From assembly GCA_963826525.1 (NCBI GenBank), contig CAWGXH010000004.1:320001-384000 (forward strand): DNA of 64,000 bases. The letters are read 5' to 3'. Below the pieces are notes generated by a model that searched no databases, was not told where the DNA came from, and saw nothing but the letters and a program-made list of their open reading frames with translations. Every line of letters starts with the position of its first letter. The stretch's first letter is position 1. This DNA is from an uncultured Methanomicrobiaceae archaeon (GTDB lineage Archaea; Halobacteriota; Methanomicrobia; Methanomicrobiales; Methanoculleaceae). Shown piece by piece: positions 1 through 10,648 of this stretch. The position numbers and the translations under genes are program-made.

Positions 1-20
1 CACGAACGGACGTCACCGCC

Positions 21-257
21 ATGCAACGGAACCGGGATATCGAAGGGCTGATCCGGACACTCGGGGATCCGAACGAGAGCGTCCGGGAGGCCGCAGCGAC
101 GGCGCTCGGGGCAGTCGGCGATGCGCGGGCGATCGAACCGCTGACGCGGGCGAAGTTCTTCGACGAACGTCCGGAGGTCAGGCGGGCCGCGTCGGCAGCG
201 CACGTCTGGCTCTCCGAGCGGCTCCGAGCGGAGCGGATGCTGAAAGGCGGGCGGTAA
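21..257 (+). CDS. Small HEAT-repeat (PBS lyase-like) protein
   Basis: 78 aa; LIRTLGDPNESVREAAATALGAVGDARAIEPL and a second repeat EVRRAA. Confidence 0.8.
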   Translation: MQRNRDIEGLIRTLGDPNESVREAAATALGAVGDARAIEPLTRAKFFDERPEVRRAASAAHVWLSERLRAERMLKGGR

Positions 258-295
258 CGCCTGCCGGACGTGGGGCACCCTTACGGTGAGGACGG

Positions 296-1015
296 TCACC
301 CCGGGAAGAGCACGGGGATGAGCGACGGCGACCCCCCCGCGGCATCTCCGGACGGCGTGAAGGTGCTCTCAGGAATCCCGGTGTTGACGGCGATGTTGGC
401 GTACTCGACCGAGAGGACGACGTTTCCGGCATCGTCGTAGAATTCCACCTTATCGACCATCCAGGTCGAGGCATCGATCCACGCCCGCATCCGGGTAAAC
501 CCGGTATCCATATACCGGAGCAGATCGCCCGGCGACGCCTCGACGACGTGCGCCCTGCTACCGTTCACGCCTTCGACCCCGAGATAGAGTATTGCGTTCT
601 CCGCCACGATCCGGGGGACGACCTGCTGGTAGTCCTCCCGGGCGAAGCGATCACAGAGCATCCTCTGTGCAACGATCCGCTCCGCCGCGCCGGTGCCCGG
701 TCGGATGCGCCAGAACATGCTCCCGTTGAAGATCTCGATCAGATCCGGCTTTCCGTCGGCCCCGATATGGTCGAGTCGATAGCGGCACGGTGTCTTTACT
801 TGCACGAAGGTCTTCCCGGGCGACGCATCGCTGCCCGTGGTCACCTGCAGTGTTGCCGAGTAATCATGGAGATCTTCCCGGTGCTGCAGCACCTGCTCCC
901 GGATCTCGTCGACCGTCGGTTCCTGACCCCATAGCCCCACCGCTCCGGCGATCAGGCCTGCCAGGACGACGAGCAGCAGCAGCAGCATGGTGAGTCTCAT
1001 CCGGCATCCCTGCAC
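296..1015 (-). CDS. Secreted LolA-like (lipoprotein carrier fold) protein
   Basis: Hydrophobic signal (LLLLLVVLAG); DYSAT, YLGVEGVNG, WIDASTW, VEYANIAVNTGIPESTF typical of LolA-like/DUF2092 proteins; true start may be ATG at 1000. Confidence 0.7.
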   Translation of the reverse strand: MQGCRMRLTMLLLLLVVLAGLIAGAVGLWGQEPTVDEIREQVLQHREDLHDYSATLQVTTGSDASPGKTFVQVKTPCRYRLDHIGADGKPDLIEIFNGSMFWRIRPGTGAAERIVAQRMLCDRFAREDYQQVVPRIVAENAILYLGVEGVNGSRAHVVEASPGDLLRYMDTGFTRMRAWIDASTWMVDKVEFYDDAGNVVLSVEYANIAVNTGIPESTFTPSGDAAGGSPSLIPVLFPG

Positions 1016-1093
1016 GAGACGGTCTCAGGAAGTAAGAAAACATAAATACTGTTGCTGAGTGACAGATGCCGTACCCATGAGGGGGGATGATCG

Positions 1094-1378
1094 ATGACAA
1101 GTCTTAATGACATAGACAAGATGCGTGACAACCGGGATGTAGACGGGCTGATCCGGGCACTCGACGATGAGGACGAGTTTGTCAGGACGCAGGCCGTCCT
1201 CTCGCTCGGGGCGATCGCCGACCCGAAAGCAAAAGACCCCGTCGCCCGGCTCCGAACGGACGACCCCAGTGCATCAGTCCGTGAGGCGGCCGAAACCGCC
1301 TACAAATGGCTGGTCGGCAGGCTCGAGGAGGTGGAGACGACGAAGGGAACGCTCAAGAGCCCGTCGCCGCCCCGGTAG
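1094..1378 (+). CDS. Small HEAT-repeat protein
   Basis: RDVDGLIRALDDEDEFVRTQAVLSLG...SVREAA; purine-rich RBS upstream; paralog of 21..257. Confidence 0.8.
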   Translation: MTSLNDIDKMRDNRDVDGLIRALDDEDEFVRTQAVLSLGAIADPKAKDPVARLRTDDPSASVREAAETAYKWLVGRLEEVETTKGTLKSPSPPR

Positions 1379-1385
1379 CCGCGGA

Positions 1386-2666
1386 TCAAAAGACCACGTA
1401 CTGGAGCCAGAGGATTCCGGTGCCGATCCCCACCGTGATCACGAGGATCACCATTCCAATTTTGAGGAACTCCACGAACGATATGAGAATGCCTTCGCGG
1501 GAAGCGATCCCGAGCACCACGACGTTTGCAGACGCCCCGATAGCCGATCCGTTCCCGCCGAGGCAGGCGCCGAGGGAGAGCGCCCACCAGAGGGGGTAGG
1601 TGTCCATCGAGCCGCCGAGGTCCTGGATGAGCGGAATCAGGGTGGCGGTGAGCGGGATGTTGTCGACGACCGCAGAAGCGATGGCGGCAAACCAGGCGAT
1701 GATGAGGATGGCCTCACCCTCCGAATGAACCGTGTTCACCACCATGTTTGCAAGGGCTGCAATCGTTCCGGTCTCGACAAGCCCGCCGACGACGACGAAG
1801 AGGCCGCCGAAGAAGAAGAGCGCCGGCCACTCGATCTTCTCGAAGATCGCCTCGGGAGACTCACGGCTCCAGAAGAGAATGAACGATGCTCCTATCAGTG
1901 CGACGAGCGCCGGTTCGAGACCGAGCGCTCCGTGGATGAAGAACATCCCGACGACGAGCAGTATCGTCACTATGGATTTTTTGAAGAGCACGATATCCCG
2001 GATCGCCTCCCGCTCGTCGAGGGATTCGAGCGTATGGGCGATGGCCTGCTGCTGCTCCGGATCGACCCGGAGCGTTCTGCCGTAGACGAGGATGAGCACC
2101 CCGAGAACGACGAGGAGATCGATCGCCATGATCGGCCCCATATTTATCAGGAAATCGTTGAAAGAGAGTCCCGCGGCGGAGCCGATCATGATATTCGGCG
2201 GATCGCCGATGAGCGTCGCTGCTCCGCCGATGTTCGAGGAGAAGATCTCGGCAATGAGAAACGGGAGAGGTTTGACATTCATCGCGTCGGCAATGTAGAG
2301 CAGCATGGGGGTGAGGAGGAGCACGGTCGTGACGTTATCGAGGAACGCACTGACGATTGCGGTCACGACCGAGAAGAGGAGAAGGACGCGAAGCGGGCTT
2401 CCTCCGGCGCGTTTCGCCGTGATAATCGCGATATACTCAAAGAGGCCGCTGTTCCTCGCGGTGTTCACGATGATCATCATCCCGATCAGGAGGAAGATGG
2501 TGCCGAGGTCGATGTACACCGGGATCATATCCCAGGGGACGATCTGGAGGAGGACGATGATCGAAGCGCCGAGCATCGCCGCAACCGCCCGGTGAATCCG
2601 CTCGTCGATGATGAGGGCATAGGTGAAGAGGAATACGGCGATCGCAATCAGTTCGAGCCCGTCCAT
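1386..2666 (-). CDS. ArsB/NhaD-family (CitMHS/P-protein-like) ion transporter
   Basis: Multi-TM 426 aa; SAFLDNVTT, NIGGAATLIGDPPNI, VDNIP, LGGNGSAIGASAN motifs. Confidence 0.9.
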   Translation of the reverse strand: MDGLELIAIAVFLFTYALIIDERIHRAVAAMLGASIIVLLQIVPWDMIPVYIDLGTIFLLIGMMIIVNTARNSGLFEYIAIITAKRAGGSPLRVLLLFSVVTAIVSAFLDNVTTVLLLTPMLLYIADAMNVKPLPFLIAEIFSSNIGGAATLIGDPPNIMIGSAAGLSFNDFLINMGPIMAIDLLVVLGVLILVYGRTLRVDPEQQQAIAHTLESLDEREAIRDIVLFKKSIVTILLVVGMFFIHGALGLEPALVALIGASFILFWSRESPEAIFEKIEWPALFFFGGLFVVVGGLVETGTIAALANMVVNTVHSEGEAILIIAWFAAIASAVVDNIPLTATLIPLIQDLGGSMDTYPLWWALSLGACLGGNGSAIGASANVVVLGIASREGILISFVEFLKIGMVILVITVGIGTGILWLQYVVF

Positions 2667-3035
2667 ACCTACACCCCGCCGGATTGAGGTCTCAAAGCCC
2701 GGTATCCGAAGAGCAGAGCAGAAACTGCTGTATTCGCTGTGTGAGAGGGAAGAATCATGGTATTCGCCGGATACGTGTAGTCAGAATGAAGTGTTTGCCT
2801 ATTCTCTCGATAACGATATCGGTTTTTGCTGCAAACGAGACACCAGGAACCGGGATTCTCCTCTCCAGATACACCCTTCGCGGCGTGAGACGGTCGTGCG
2901 AAGAGGCAGCCCGCTCGGGGTAGCGAAGCGATTGGATCCCGCGTGCCGATACTTTTATCCCGCCCGCGGGGAAGGGGGGAGCGCCCTGAAAAAAGGCCCG
3001 AATAGAGCCTTTGCGAGGGGATGGAGTCTGTACCT

Positions 3036-3581
3036 ATGAGCACGATTGCAGTTCTCATTACGGATATGTTCGAGGATGTCGAGTATACGAAGCCTGCCCG
3101 GGCATTTACGGAGGCAGGCCACGACCTCGTCCACGTCGGCCTGAAAGCGGGTGAGACGGTCAGGGGGAAGCGCAACAAAGAATCCGTCACGATCGACCGG
3201 GCGGTCGCGGACGTCTCGGTGGACGATTTCGATGCTCTCTTCATCCCGGGCGGGTATTCGCCGGATAAGCTCCGCGCCCACGCTGAGCCGGTAGCGTTCG
3301 CAAAACGGTTCATGGAGAGCGGCAAGCCTATCTTTGCGATCTGTCACGCACCGCAGCTCCTCATCACGGCACAGGTGCTCGAAGGGCGCCGTATCACCGG
3401 GTGGCGATCGATCGTCCAGGACATCAAAAATGCGGGAGCGGAGTTCGTCGACGAGGAGGTCGTTGTGGACAAAAACCTGATCTCGAGCAGGAGCCCGGAC
3501 GATATCCCGGCGTTCGTCGATGCCGCGCTCAAAAAACTCCAGGAGACCGAGGGAAGAGTGGCAACGGCAGAGGCGCGGTGA
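3036..3581 (+). CDS. PfpI/DJ-1 family (type 1 glutamine amidotransferase-like) protease/deglycase
   Basis: FEDVE, FDALFIPGG, AICHAP nucleophile motif, ISSRSPDD. Confidence 0.9.
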   Translation: MSTIAVLITDMFEDVEYTKPARAFTEAGHDLVHVGLKAGETVRGKRNKESVTIDRAVADVSVDDFDALFIPGGYSPDKLRAHAEPVAFAKRFMESGKPIFAICHAPQLLITAQVLEGRRITGWRSIVQDIKNAGAEFVDEEVVVDKNLISSRSPDDIPAFVDAALKKLQETEGRVATAEAR

Positions 3582-3787
3582 GGTGGGCATTCATACACCG
3601 GAAGAATCAGACTGAGCTCCTTTTTTCGTCGGGGACTCCGGGTCATCGCATCCCCGTCCGGACGCATAGCGGAGAGGTCACGGGCAGGGTCACCGGGAAA
3701 GATATCCTTCCGCACGCATGACCTTCCGGATACCGCTTCGGTCACACAAATGCTATAAATGAACCACGGCATAGATCTGCATCAGCA

Positions 3788-5056
3788 ATGAATAACGGGA
3801 GGTTCGGGTGGCGATCATCCGCATGGCAGAAGCTCATCGTCATCGCCCTAGTAACCGGACTCTCCCTCGTCCTTGAACTGGTGATCCACTACCAGTTCGG
3901 GATCGATATCGTCTACACCCATTTCTTCTATCCGCTGCTGATCCTTGCTGCGTTCTGGTATCAGCGAAAAGCCGTATACCTCGGTGTGTTCCTTGCCGCA
4001 GCACACATTATCGTCGAGTATGTCCAGAGCGCGGCGCTCGATCCGGCAGTGCTGGTGCGTGCCCTGATGTTCATCGTCGTCGCCTACATCCTCGGCTACC
4101 TTTTCGAACTCCTGGAGCGGAGGTACGCCGATTACCGCTCCTACCTCACCGGGTACGCCGACCGGAACGTCGATACGGGCCGCCACCTCGAGGCCGGGGA
4201 GGAGGAAGCCGGGACGGCGGTACATCCCCGCGATCTGCAGCGGCTGATAGGCAACCTGCAGAGCAAAAATCCCGACGTCAGATACAAGGCCGCAGAGGCT
4301 CTCGGAGCACTCAAAAACCCCCGCGCCGTAGAACCGCTTACCGCCCTCCTCGGCGACGAGGAGAGCGGCGTGCGATGGAAGGCTGCAGAGGCTCTCGGAC
4401 AGATGGGGCAGGCGGCGGTCGAGCCGCTCACGAGGAGTCTCTCCGATCCGAACGTCGATGTCCGGTGGATGGCCGCAACGGCCCTCGGGGATATCGGCGA
4501 TCCCCGGGCCATCGATCCGCTCCTCGAAGCGCTCGAGGACGAGGATACCTACGTCCGGAGCCGGGCGGCGCTGGCACTCGGGAAGATTGGTGAACCAGCC
4601 CGGGATACTCTTATCGCGGCCCTCCGGTCGGAGACGGAGAACGTGCGCTGGGGTGCTGCGCTGGCGCTCGGCAGCGTCGGGGGAGAGAGCGTCATCGAAG
4701 CGCTCATCCGGGCACTCGACGACACGAGCCCGCATGTCCGCAACCGGGCGATCGGTGCGCTCGACGAGATCGGTGACCCGGTGATACCCCACCTTATCCG
4801 AGGGTTTGCAACCTGCACGCAGGTCGGCTGCCGGAGCATTGCCGAAGCATTCGGGGGCATCGGCCGGGCGGCGATCGAACCGCTCACCCGTGCACTCCGG
4901 GACGAGAGGTGGGAGGTGCGTGCCGGTGCTGCCGAATCTCTCGGGGAGATAGGCGATCCGGCTGCGGTGGACGCTCTCATCGAAGCTCTCGGCGACGGAC
5001 GCCCCGAAGTGGCGGCGGCAGCACGGAATGCCCTGAAGCAGATGAAGAAGGTATAA
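3788..5056 (+). CDS. Membrane-anchored HEAT-repeat protein
   Basis: About 4 N-terminal TM helices (YTHFFYP) followed by about 8-9 HEAT repeats (VRYKAAEALG, VRWKAAEALG, VRWMAATALG...). Confidence 0.85.
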   Translation: MNNGRFGWRSSAWQKLIVIALVTGLSLVLELVIHYQFGIDIVYTHFFYPLLILAAFWYQRKAVYLGVFLAAAHIIVEYVQSAALDPAVLVRALMFIVVAYILGYLFELLERRYADYRSYLTGYADRNVDTGRHLEAGEEEAGTAVHPRDLQRLIGNLQSKNPDVRYKAAEALGALKNPRAVEPLTALLGDEESGVRWKAAEALGQMGQAAVEPLTRSLSDPNVDVRWMAATALGDIGDPRAIDPLLEALEDEDTYVRSRAALALGKIGEPARDTLIAALRSETENVRWGAALALGSVGGESVIEALIRALDDTSPHVRNRAIGALDEIGDPVIPHLIRGFATCTQVGCRSIAEAFGGIGRAAIEPLTRALRDERWEVRAGAAESLGEIGDPAAVDALIEALGDGRPEVAAAARNALKQMKKV

Positions 5057-5082
5057 TAGCCGGGAATGCGGAAGTGAACGGC

Positions 5083-5604
5083 ATGAGTGATGAAAAGATG
5101 CTGGAGCGTGCGATCGGCGCCCTGAAAACCGGAGATATGCAGACCCGCCGGGCAGCGACCGATGCACTCGGCTCCATGGGAGAGGCGGCGACGATGCCGC
5201 TTATCCGGGCTATGCAGGAGGGTGACAACGACGTGCGGTGGTACGCCGCCCGGGCGCTCGTCAGGATCGGCCGGCCGGCGGTCGAACCGCTCCTCCGTGC
5301 GATGCAGGAGGAGGCAAACCCGGAGTTCCGCCGGTACGCAATGGCCGCCCTCGCCGAGATGAAGGACGAGGCGGTCGAACCCCTCATCCGGGAACTTGTG
5401 GACGGGAGCGTGGAACTCCGGCCGTATATTGCCATGGCGCTCTGCACCATCGGCGAACCGGCAGTCGAACCGCTCACCGGGGTGATAAACCACCCCGACC
5501 CGAAGATCCAGACCTGTGCCGCACTGGTCCTCTGGAAGATGGGGGAGCCCGGCGCAAAGCCGTTGACCGATGCACTGAAAGAAGACCGTTCGCGGACTTC
5601 CTGA
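5083..5604 (+). CDS. HEAT-repeat protein
   Basis: [25 protein letters not shown] repeats; ATG at 5083 after GAAGTGA. Confidence 0.8.
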   Translation: MSDEKMLERAIGALKTGDMQTRRAATDALGSMGEAATMPLIRAMQEGDNDVRWYAARALVRIGRPAVEPLLRAMQEEANPEFRRYAMAALAEMKDEAVEPLIRELVDGSVELRPYIAMALCTIGEPAVEPLTGVINHPDPKIQTCAALVLWKMGEPGAKPLTDALKEDRSRTS

Positions 5605-5686
5605 CCAGATCCCCACTTCGCGTTCGCTCATTTTTCCCGGGGTCAGATTCCGAAACGATAAATCGGTGAATGTCCATCAGAATGGT

Positions 5687-8600
5687 ATGGAGTTCTCACC
5701 GGCCCTCGGGGTGTACTTCGACCGGCTCGACTCCGGCCTGCAATCCGCAATGGCGGTTGCACGAGCCGCACGCTCCCGCGGCCTCGATCCCGCCACCGAA
5801 CCCGAGATCCCTGTTGCAAACGACCTTGCCGATCGCGTGGAGGCGCTTCTCGGCTATACGGGTGTCGCTGCACGCCTCCGGGAGCTTGAGCAGCAGATGT
5901 CGCGTGAAGAGGCCGCCCTCAAGATAGGTGACGATTTCGTAAAGCGTACTTTTGGTGAGACGACGACCGAGGAGATCCTCGACCACGCCATCAGGGCGTC
6001 GATGGCGCTCCTGACGGAGGGGGTCGTGGCCGCCCCCACCGAGGGTATCGGGAAGGTGGCCCTCGGCAAGAACGACGACGGAACGGAGTATCTCAAGATC
6101 TACTATGCAGGACCCATCCGGAGTGCGGGCGGAACCGCTCAGGCACTCTCCGTCCTCGTCGGGGACTATGTCCGGCAGGCGCTCGGTATCAGCCGCTACA
6201 ATCCCCGTCCCGAAGAGGTCGAGCGGTACATCGAGGAGATCCGGCAGTACAATAACATCATGAGCCTCCAGTACCTCCCGAGCGAGAAGGAGCTCCGGAT
6301 GATCATCCAGAACTGCCCGGTCTGCATCGACGGCGAGCCGACGGAACAGCAGGAGGTGAGCGGCTACCGGAACCTCGAGCGGGTGGAGACGAATACGGTT
6401 CGGGGCGGCATGGCACTCGTCGTGGCGGAGGGGCTCGCGCTCAAAGCCCCGAAGGTTTTGAAGAACGTCCGGAAGATGAAGATGGAGGGCTGGGACTGGC
6501 TCGAGGAACTCATCGGCGGGGTGACGACGAGCAGCGACGACGACAAGGGCGCCGCCGTCAAACCGAAGGATAAGTACCTCCGCGATCTCATCGGCGGCCG
6601 GCCGGTCTTCTCCTACCCGATGAGGAAAGGCGGATTCCGCCTCCGCCTCGGCCGCTCGCGGAACACCGGGTTTGCCGCTGCAGGCCTCCACCCTGCAACC
6701 CTCCATATCCTCGGCGATTTCCTCGCCGTCGGTACGCAGATGAAGGTCGAGCGGCCGGGAAAAGCCGCAGGGATCGTGCCGGTAGACTCGATCCAGGGGC
6801 CGACCGTCAAACTGAAGAGCGGCGAAGTCCTGCGGGTCGACGATGCGGCGCAGGCCCGGTCGCTTGCGACGCAGGTGGAGGAGATCATCGATATCGGCGA
6901 GATCCTGATCAGTTACGGCGAGTTCCTCGAGAACAATCACCCGCTGATGCCGCCCTGCTACTGCGAGGAGTGGTGGCTGCAGGAAGGCGGCGTCCGCCAC
7001 CCGGAAAGCGAGATGGAGGCGATCGAGTTCGCCTTCGACGGGGCGTACCTCCACCCCGACTACACCTACCTCTGGGACGATGTCACCCCGGCCGCTATCG
7101 CCACCCTCGCCGATCGGGTTGCCGAAGACGGGACGATCGAAGACGGGGTGCTGAAACTGCCGAATACCCCGGATACAAAGGCTATCCTCGAGGAACTCCT
7201 CGTTTTTCACCGCCTTGAGGGGGATCGGATCGTCGTCGCTGAGTACCTGGTGCTGCTTGCCTGCCTTGGTCTGACGCTCCAGGGGAAGAGACGGGAGGCA
7301 TGGACGGACGCTCCCACCGACGATTCGCTCGGGCTCGTGATGCACCTCTCCGGGTTTAAGATCCGATCCCGTGCCGGCACCCGGATCGGCGGGAGGATGG
7401 GCAGGCCGGGCAAGTCCAAGGCCCGCGAGATGAAGCCGCCGCCCCACTCGCTCTTCCCCATCGGCGATGCCGGGGGCTCCCGCCGGTCGTTCCAGGAGGC
7501 GATCTCCTATAAGCACCGGTCGAATACCGACGGCGGACAGATCGAGATCGAGGTAGGGGTTCGTCGCTGCACCGCCTGCGGCACGAAGACCTACAAGAAT
7601 CTCTGCGACTGCGGCGGGCACACGGTCCCGGTCTTCCACTGTCCCCGGTGCGACCGGGAGACGAAGGAACTCCTCTGCCCTGCCTGCGGCGCGGCCGCCG
7701 TCTGCCTCCAGAAGGTGACGGTGAACGTCAAGGCGGAGTACGCGGCCGCCCTCGCCCGGCTCGGGATGCGGGAGAGCGCGGTCTCGCTTCTGAAAGGTGT
7801 CAAGGGGCTGATATCCCGCAACCGACCGGTGGAGCCGATCGAGAAGGGGATCCTCAGGGCGACGAACGAGCTCTACGTCTTCAAAGACGGTACGTCCCGC
7901 TACGACATGATCGACCTCCCGCTCACCCACTTCCGGCCGGACGAGGTCGGCGTCTCCATCGAGAAACTTCACAGCCTCGGGTATACCCACGACATATACG
8001 GCAGGGAACTCACCGAGCGCTCCCAGGTTCTCGAACTGCGCCACCAGGACATCCTCGTCTCGGAGGACTGCGCCGCGTGGCTTATCCGGGTGGCACGCTT
8101 CATCGACGAGCTTCTGGAGAAGTACTACGGTCTTGAACCGTTCTACCACATCACCGACCGGAGCGACCTTCTCGGCCACCTCGTCATGGGACTTGCCCCC
8201 CATACGAGCGCCGGCGTCCTCGTCCGGGTGATCGGGTTTTCGAAGGCCAACGTCGGCTACGGTCACCCCTTCTTCCACGCTGCGAAACGGCGGAACTGCT
8301 TTGCAGGGGATACGGAGATCGAGGTCTTCGACGGCAGGGCATGGGCGACGATGCCTATCCGGCAGTTCGTTATCGAGAACTTCGATATCAGCAATCCCGG
8401 TCTCGACCACCAGGGGACGTTCTACTCCGACCCAACCCGGACCTTCTTTACGAGGAGCATCGATCCGCAGGGCACGGTCAGGATGAAGAGAATCACGTCG
8501 GTCTCGGTGCACCGTTCCCCGGCGCACCTGATCCGCTTCGAGACAAAGCGCGGAAAGATCCTCGCGGTGACGCCCGATCATGCCATGCTCGTCTGGGACA

Positions 8601-9544
8601 CGGACTATCTCCGCAGGATCTCCGCCCAGGAGGTGAAGATCGGCGACCGCATACCGGTGTTCGAGGGGACGATGCCGATCTGCGACGAGATCGCCGGCCG
8701 GGAGATCGTCAGGGCGCTTGACGACCGCGTCTACTGCCTCACGGTCGCCGATACCCATACGCTCGTCGCAAACGGGATCTTCACCGGCCAGTGCGACGGC
8801 GACGAGGACTGCGTGATGCTCCTCCTCGACGGCCTGATCAACTTCTCGCGCTCGTACCTCCCGGAGACCCGGGGCGGGACGATGGATGCCCCGCTCGTCC
8901 TCACCACCCGTATCGATCCCGCCGAGGTCGATAAGGAGAGTCATAACGTCGATGTCTGCGACCACTACCCGCTTGAGGTGTACCTTGCCGCCCTGAACTA
9001 CACCCACCCGAAGGACCTCGACAAACTCGTCGACCGGGTGGAGCGGAGGCTCGGCACCCCCGCCCAGATCGAGGGGTTCTTCTTTACGCACCCGACGAGC
9101 GACATCTCGGCGGGGCCGCTCATCTCCACCTATACCATTCTCGGCACGATGCTCGAGAAACTCGAGGCGGAGCTGACGCTCGCCAAGATGATCCGGGCAG
9201 TGGACGCGGACGACGTCGCCGAGCGGGTCTTGAATACCCATTTCATCCGCGACCTGATGGGGAACCTCAACGCGTTCTCGAAGCAGAAACTCCGGTGCAC
9301 GAAGTGCAACTCGAAGTACCGGCGGATGCCGCTTGCCGGGAAGTGCACCAAGTGCAAGGGGAACGTCATCGCCACGGTCCACGAAGGCTCGGTGAAGAAA
9401 TACCTCGCCATCTCCCGGGAGATCTGCGAGACCTACGCGGTCTCCGAGTACACGAAACAGCGGGTGCGCGTCATCGATATGTCCATCGAGTCGACCTTCG
9501 GCACGCCGGCAGAGCAGCAGCTCGGGCTTGCGGACTTCATGTGA
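5687..9544 (+). CDS. polC: DNA polymerase D large subunit DP2, intein-containing
   Basis: [46 protein letters not shown]...CDGDED catalytic motif, zinc fingers, C-terminal QLGLADF PIP-like motif. Confidence 0.97.
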   Translation: MEFSPALGVYFDRLDSGLQSAMAVARAARSRGLDPATEPEIPVANDLADRVEALLGYTGVAARLRELEQQMSREEAALKIGDDFVKRTFGETTTEEILDHAIRASMALLTEGVVAAPTEGIGKVALGKNDDGTEYLKIYYAGPIRSAGGTAQALSVLVGDYVRQALGISRYNPRPEEVERYIEEIRQYNNIMSLQYLPSEKELRMIIQNCPVCIDGEPTEQQEVSGYRNLERVETNTVRGGMALVVAEGLALKAPKVLKNVRKMKMEGWDWLEELIGGVTTSSDDDKGAAVKPKDKYLRDLIGGRPVFSYPMRKGGFRLRLGRSRNTGFAAAGLHPATLHILGDFLAVGTQMKVERPGKAAGIVPVDSIQGPTVKLKSGEVLRVDDAAQARSLATQVEEIIDIGEILISYGEFLENNHPLMPPCYCEEWWLQEGGVRHPESEMEAIEFAFDGAYLHPDYTYLWDDVTPAAIATLADRVAEDGTIEDGVLKLPNTPDTKAILEELLVFHRLEGDRIVVAEYLVLLACLGLTLQGKRREAWTDAPTDDSLGLVMHLSGFKIRSRAGTRIGGRMGRPGKSKAREMKPPPHSLFPIGDAGGSRRSFQEAISYKHRSNTDGGQIEIEVGVRRCTACGTKTYKNLCDCGGHTVPVFHCPRCDRETKELLCPACGAAAVCLQKVTVNVKAEYAAALARLGMRESAVSLLKGVKGLISRNRPVEPIEKGILRATNELYVFKDGTSRYDMIDLPLTHFRPDEVGVSIEKLHSLGYTHDIYGRELTERSQVLELRHQDILVSEDCAAWLIRVARFIDELLEKYYGLEPFYHITDRSDLLGHLVMGLAPHTSAGVLVRVIGFSKANVGYGHPFFHAAKRRNCFAGDTEIEVFDGRAWATMPIRQFVIENFDISNPGLDHQGTFYSDPTRTFFTRSIDPQGTVRMKRITSVSVHRSPAHLIRFETKRGKILAVTPDHAMLVWDTDYLRRISAQEVKIGDRIPVFEGTMPICDEIAGREIVRALDDRVYCLTVADTHTLVANGIFTGQCDGDEDCVMLLLDGLINFSRSYLPETRGGTMDAPLVLTTRIDPAEVDKESHNVDVCDHYPLEVYLAALNYTHPKDLDKLVDRVERRLGTPAQIEGFFFTHPTSDISAGPLISTYTILGTMLEKLEAELTLAKMIRAVDADDVAERVLNTHFIRDLMGNLNAFSKQKLRCTKCNSKYRRMPLAGKCTKCKGNVIATVHEGSVKKYLAISREICETYAVSEYTKQRVRVIDMSIESTFGTPAEQQLGLADFM
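8297..8791 (+). mobile_element. Mini-intein (165 aa, no homing endonuclease) in DP2
   Basis: Interrupts conserved KRRN|CDGDED; starts CFAGDTEI, block B VTPDH, block F VYCLTV, ends ANGIFTGQ followed by +1 Cys. Confidence 0.92.
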
Positions 9545-9636
9545 AAATATCGGGAAGAGAAACCGAGCGGCATCTTCTTCACCCCCACCCCCTCCCGACG
9601 CAATCTTCAATATATCAGAGGACTCTTGCAGGAACT

Positions 9637-9912
9637 ATGAGCCTCCTTGCAGGGCTTCTCGCCCTTATTCTGGTCATCATCATCGTAGTCCTCCTCTTCA
9701 GAATCCTGCAGAGCATCGTCGGCCTTGTGATCAACGCGATCATCGGGGTGATCCTGATATACCTCATCGATATCTTCAACATAATGAGCCTCTTCGGCCG
9801 CCCCGACATCCCGATCAACCTGATCACCGTCCTGATCAGTGCAATCGGCGGGATACTCGGCGTGGCCATCATCGTTCTGCTGAATCTCCTCGGGATATCC
9901 CTTGCGTACTGA
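9637..9912 (+). CDS. Small membrane protein (BofA/pro-sigmaK inhibitor-like family)
   Basis: 91 aa, 3 hydrophobic segments, INAIIG...IPINLIT..ISAIGGILG pattern. Confidence 0.7.
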   Translation: MSLLAGLLALILVIIIVVLLFRILQSIVGLVINAIIGVILIYLIDIFNIMSLFGRPDIPINLITVLISAIGGILGVAIIVLLNLLGISLAY

Positions 9913-9984
9913 CGGCGGCGGGGAAGGGATGAAGCGGGCGGCACGCTTCCGGTTCCGGGGATGCCGGGTGCCGAACCGCTATCT

Positions 9985-10000
9985 TCCGCCAAGCTCATAA
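9985..10000 (+). promoter_or_regulatory. Putative BRE/TATA promoter for the structured RNA + tRNA-Leu transcript
   Basis: CCGCCAAGCTCATAA about 25 nt upstream of the stem starting at 10025. Confidence 0.4.
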
Positions 10001-10024
10001 CCCTCCGCTGCCAATAGTATAGAC

Positions 10025-10133
10025 GCACGTTCTTATGGGGAAGTGCACAACCCTCGTTGTGCATTTTCCCGGAATGAGGAATGCCAAATGCGGGCGGCTC
10101 ACGAGAACCTGAGCATTTCGGCGTAAGACGTGC
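10025..10133 (+). ncRNA. Candidate structured ncRNA (three-way junction) upstream of tRNA-Leu
   Basis: Closing stem GCACGT-T-CTTA/TAAG-ACGTGC; hairpin GGGGAAGTGCACAA/TTGTGCATTTTCCC; second arm TGCCAAATGC/GCATTTCGGCG. Confidence 0.5.
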
Positions 10134-10165
10134 AGACCCGTCAAGTCACAACCGTTCCCACCGAT

Positions 10166-10248
10166 GCGAGTGTTACCGAGCGGCCAAAGGTGATCGACTC
10201 AAGATCGATTCTCGTAGGGGTTCGCAGGTTCGAATCCTGCCACTCGCA
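10166..10248 (+). tRNA. tRNA-Leu (anticodon CAA), intronless, CCA not encoded
   Basis: Acceptor GCGAGTG/CACTCGC+A, anticodon arm ATCGA-CTCAAGA-TCGAT, long variable arm, T-arm GCAGG-TTCGAAT-CCTGC. Confidence 0.96.
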
Positions 10249-10648
10249 CTTCTTTTCTGTGAGGTCTCCGGGAAGGCAGGCGGTCTGTTCACCGCTGTTT
10301 CCTGCGTCCTCGGTCCCTAGTGCGTTCCTTTGTTCACACAGTTGATCATCATCGGACCGGTGATGATGGTTCTGGACGAAGTTCATGTCCGGCATGCACG
10401 TTCTCTTCGACCCAGCCCGGTTCGCCGTCGATATTGCCCGCATGATAAACGGGGCAGTACGTGCACCACGCCTGAACGCCGGCAGAGGATTTTTGCTCGG
10501 ATACATTTCGTTTACTTCACCATGTAACCCCTCATTTATCGAATACAGTTTAGATTCGGTCTCCTCGGTCGCCTTGCGACGCCTTCCAGGCTCTCCGGCA
10601 ATATGGTTATTCGGGTCAACTCGCGTAAGAAAGTTGAAAGCACGCCCA

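Noticed and set aside
5696-9610. 1304-aa antisense ORF and other long shadow ORFs (e.g. 1167..2687, 3848..5167, 25581..26861, 34327..35538)
   Set aside because: They mirror real genes in a GC-rich genome with few antisense stops and carry no recognisable motifs
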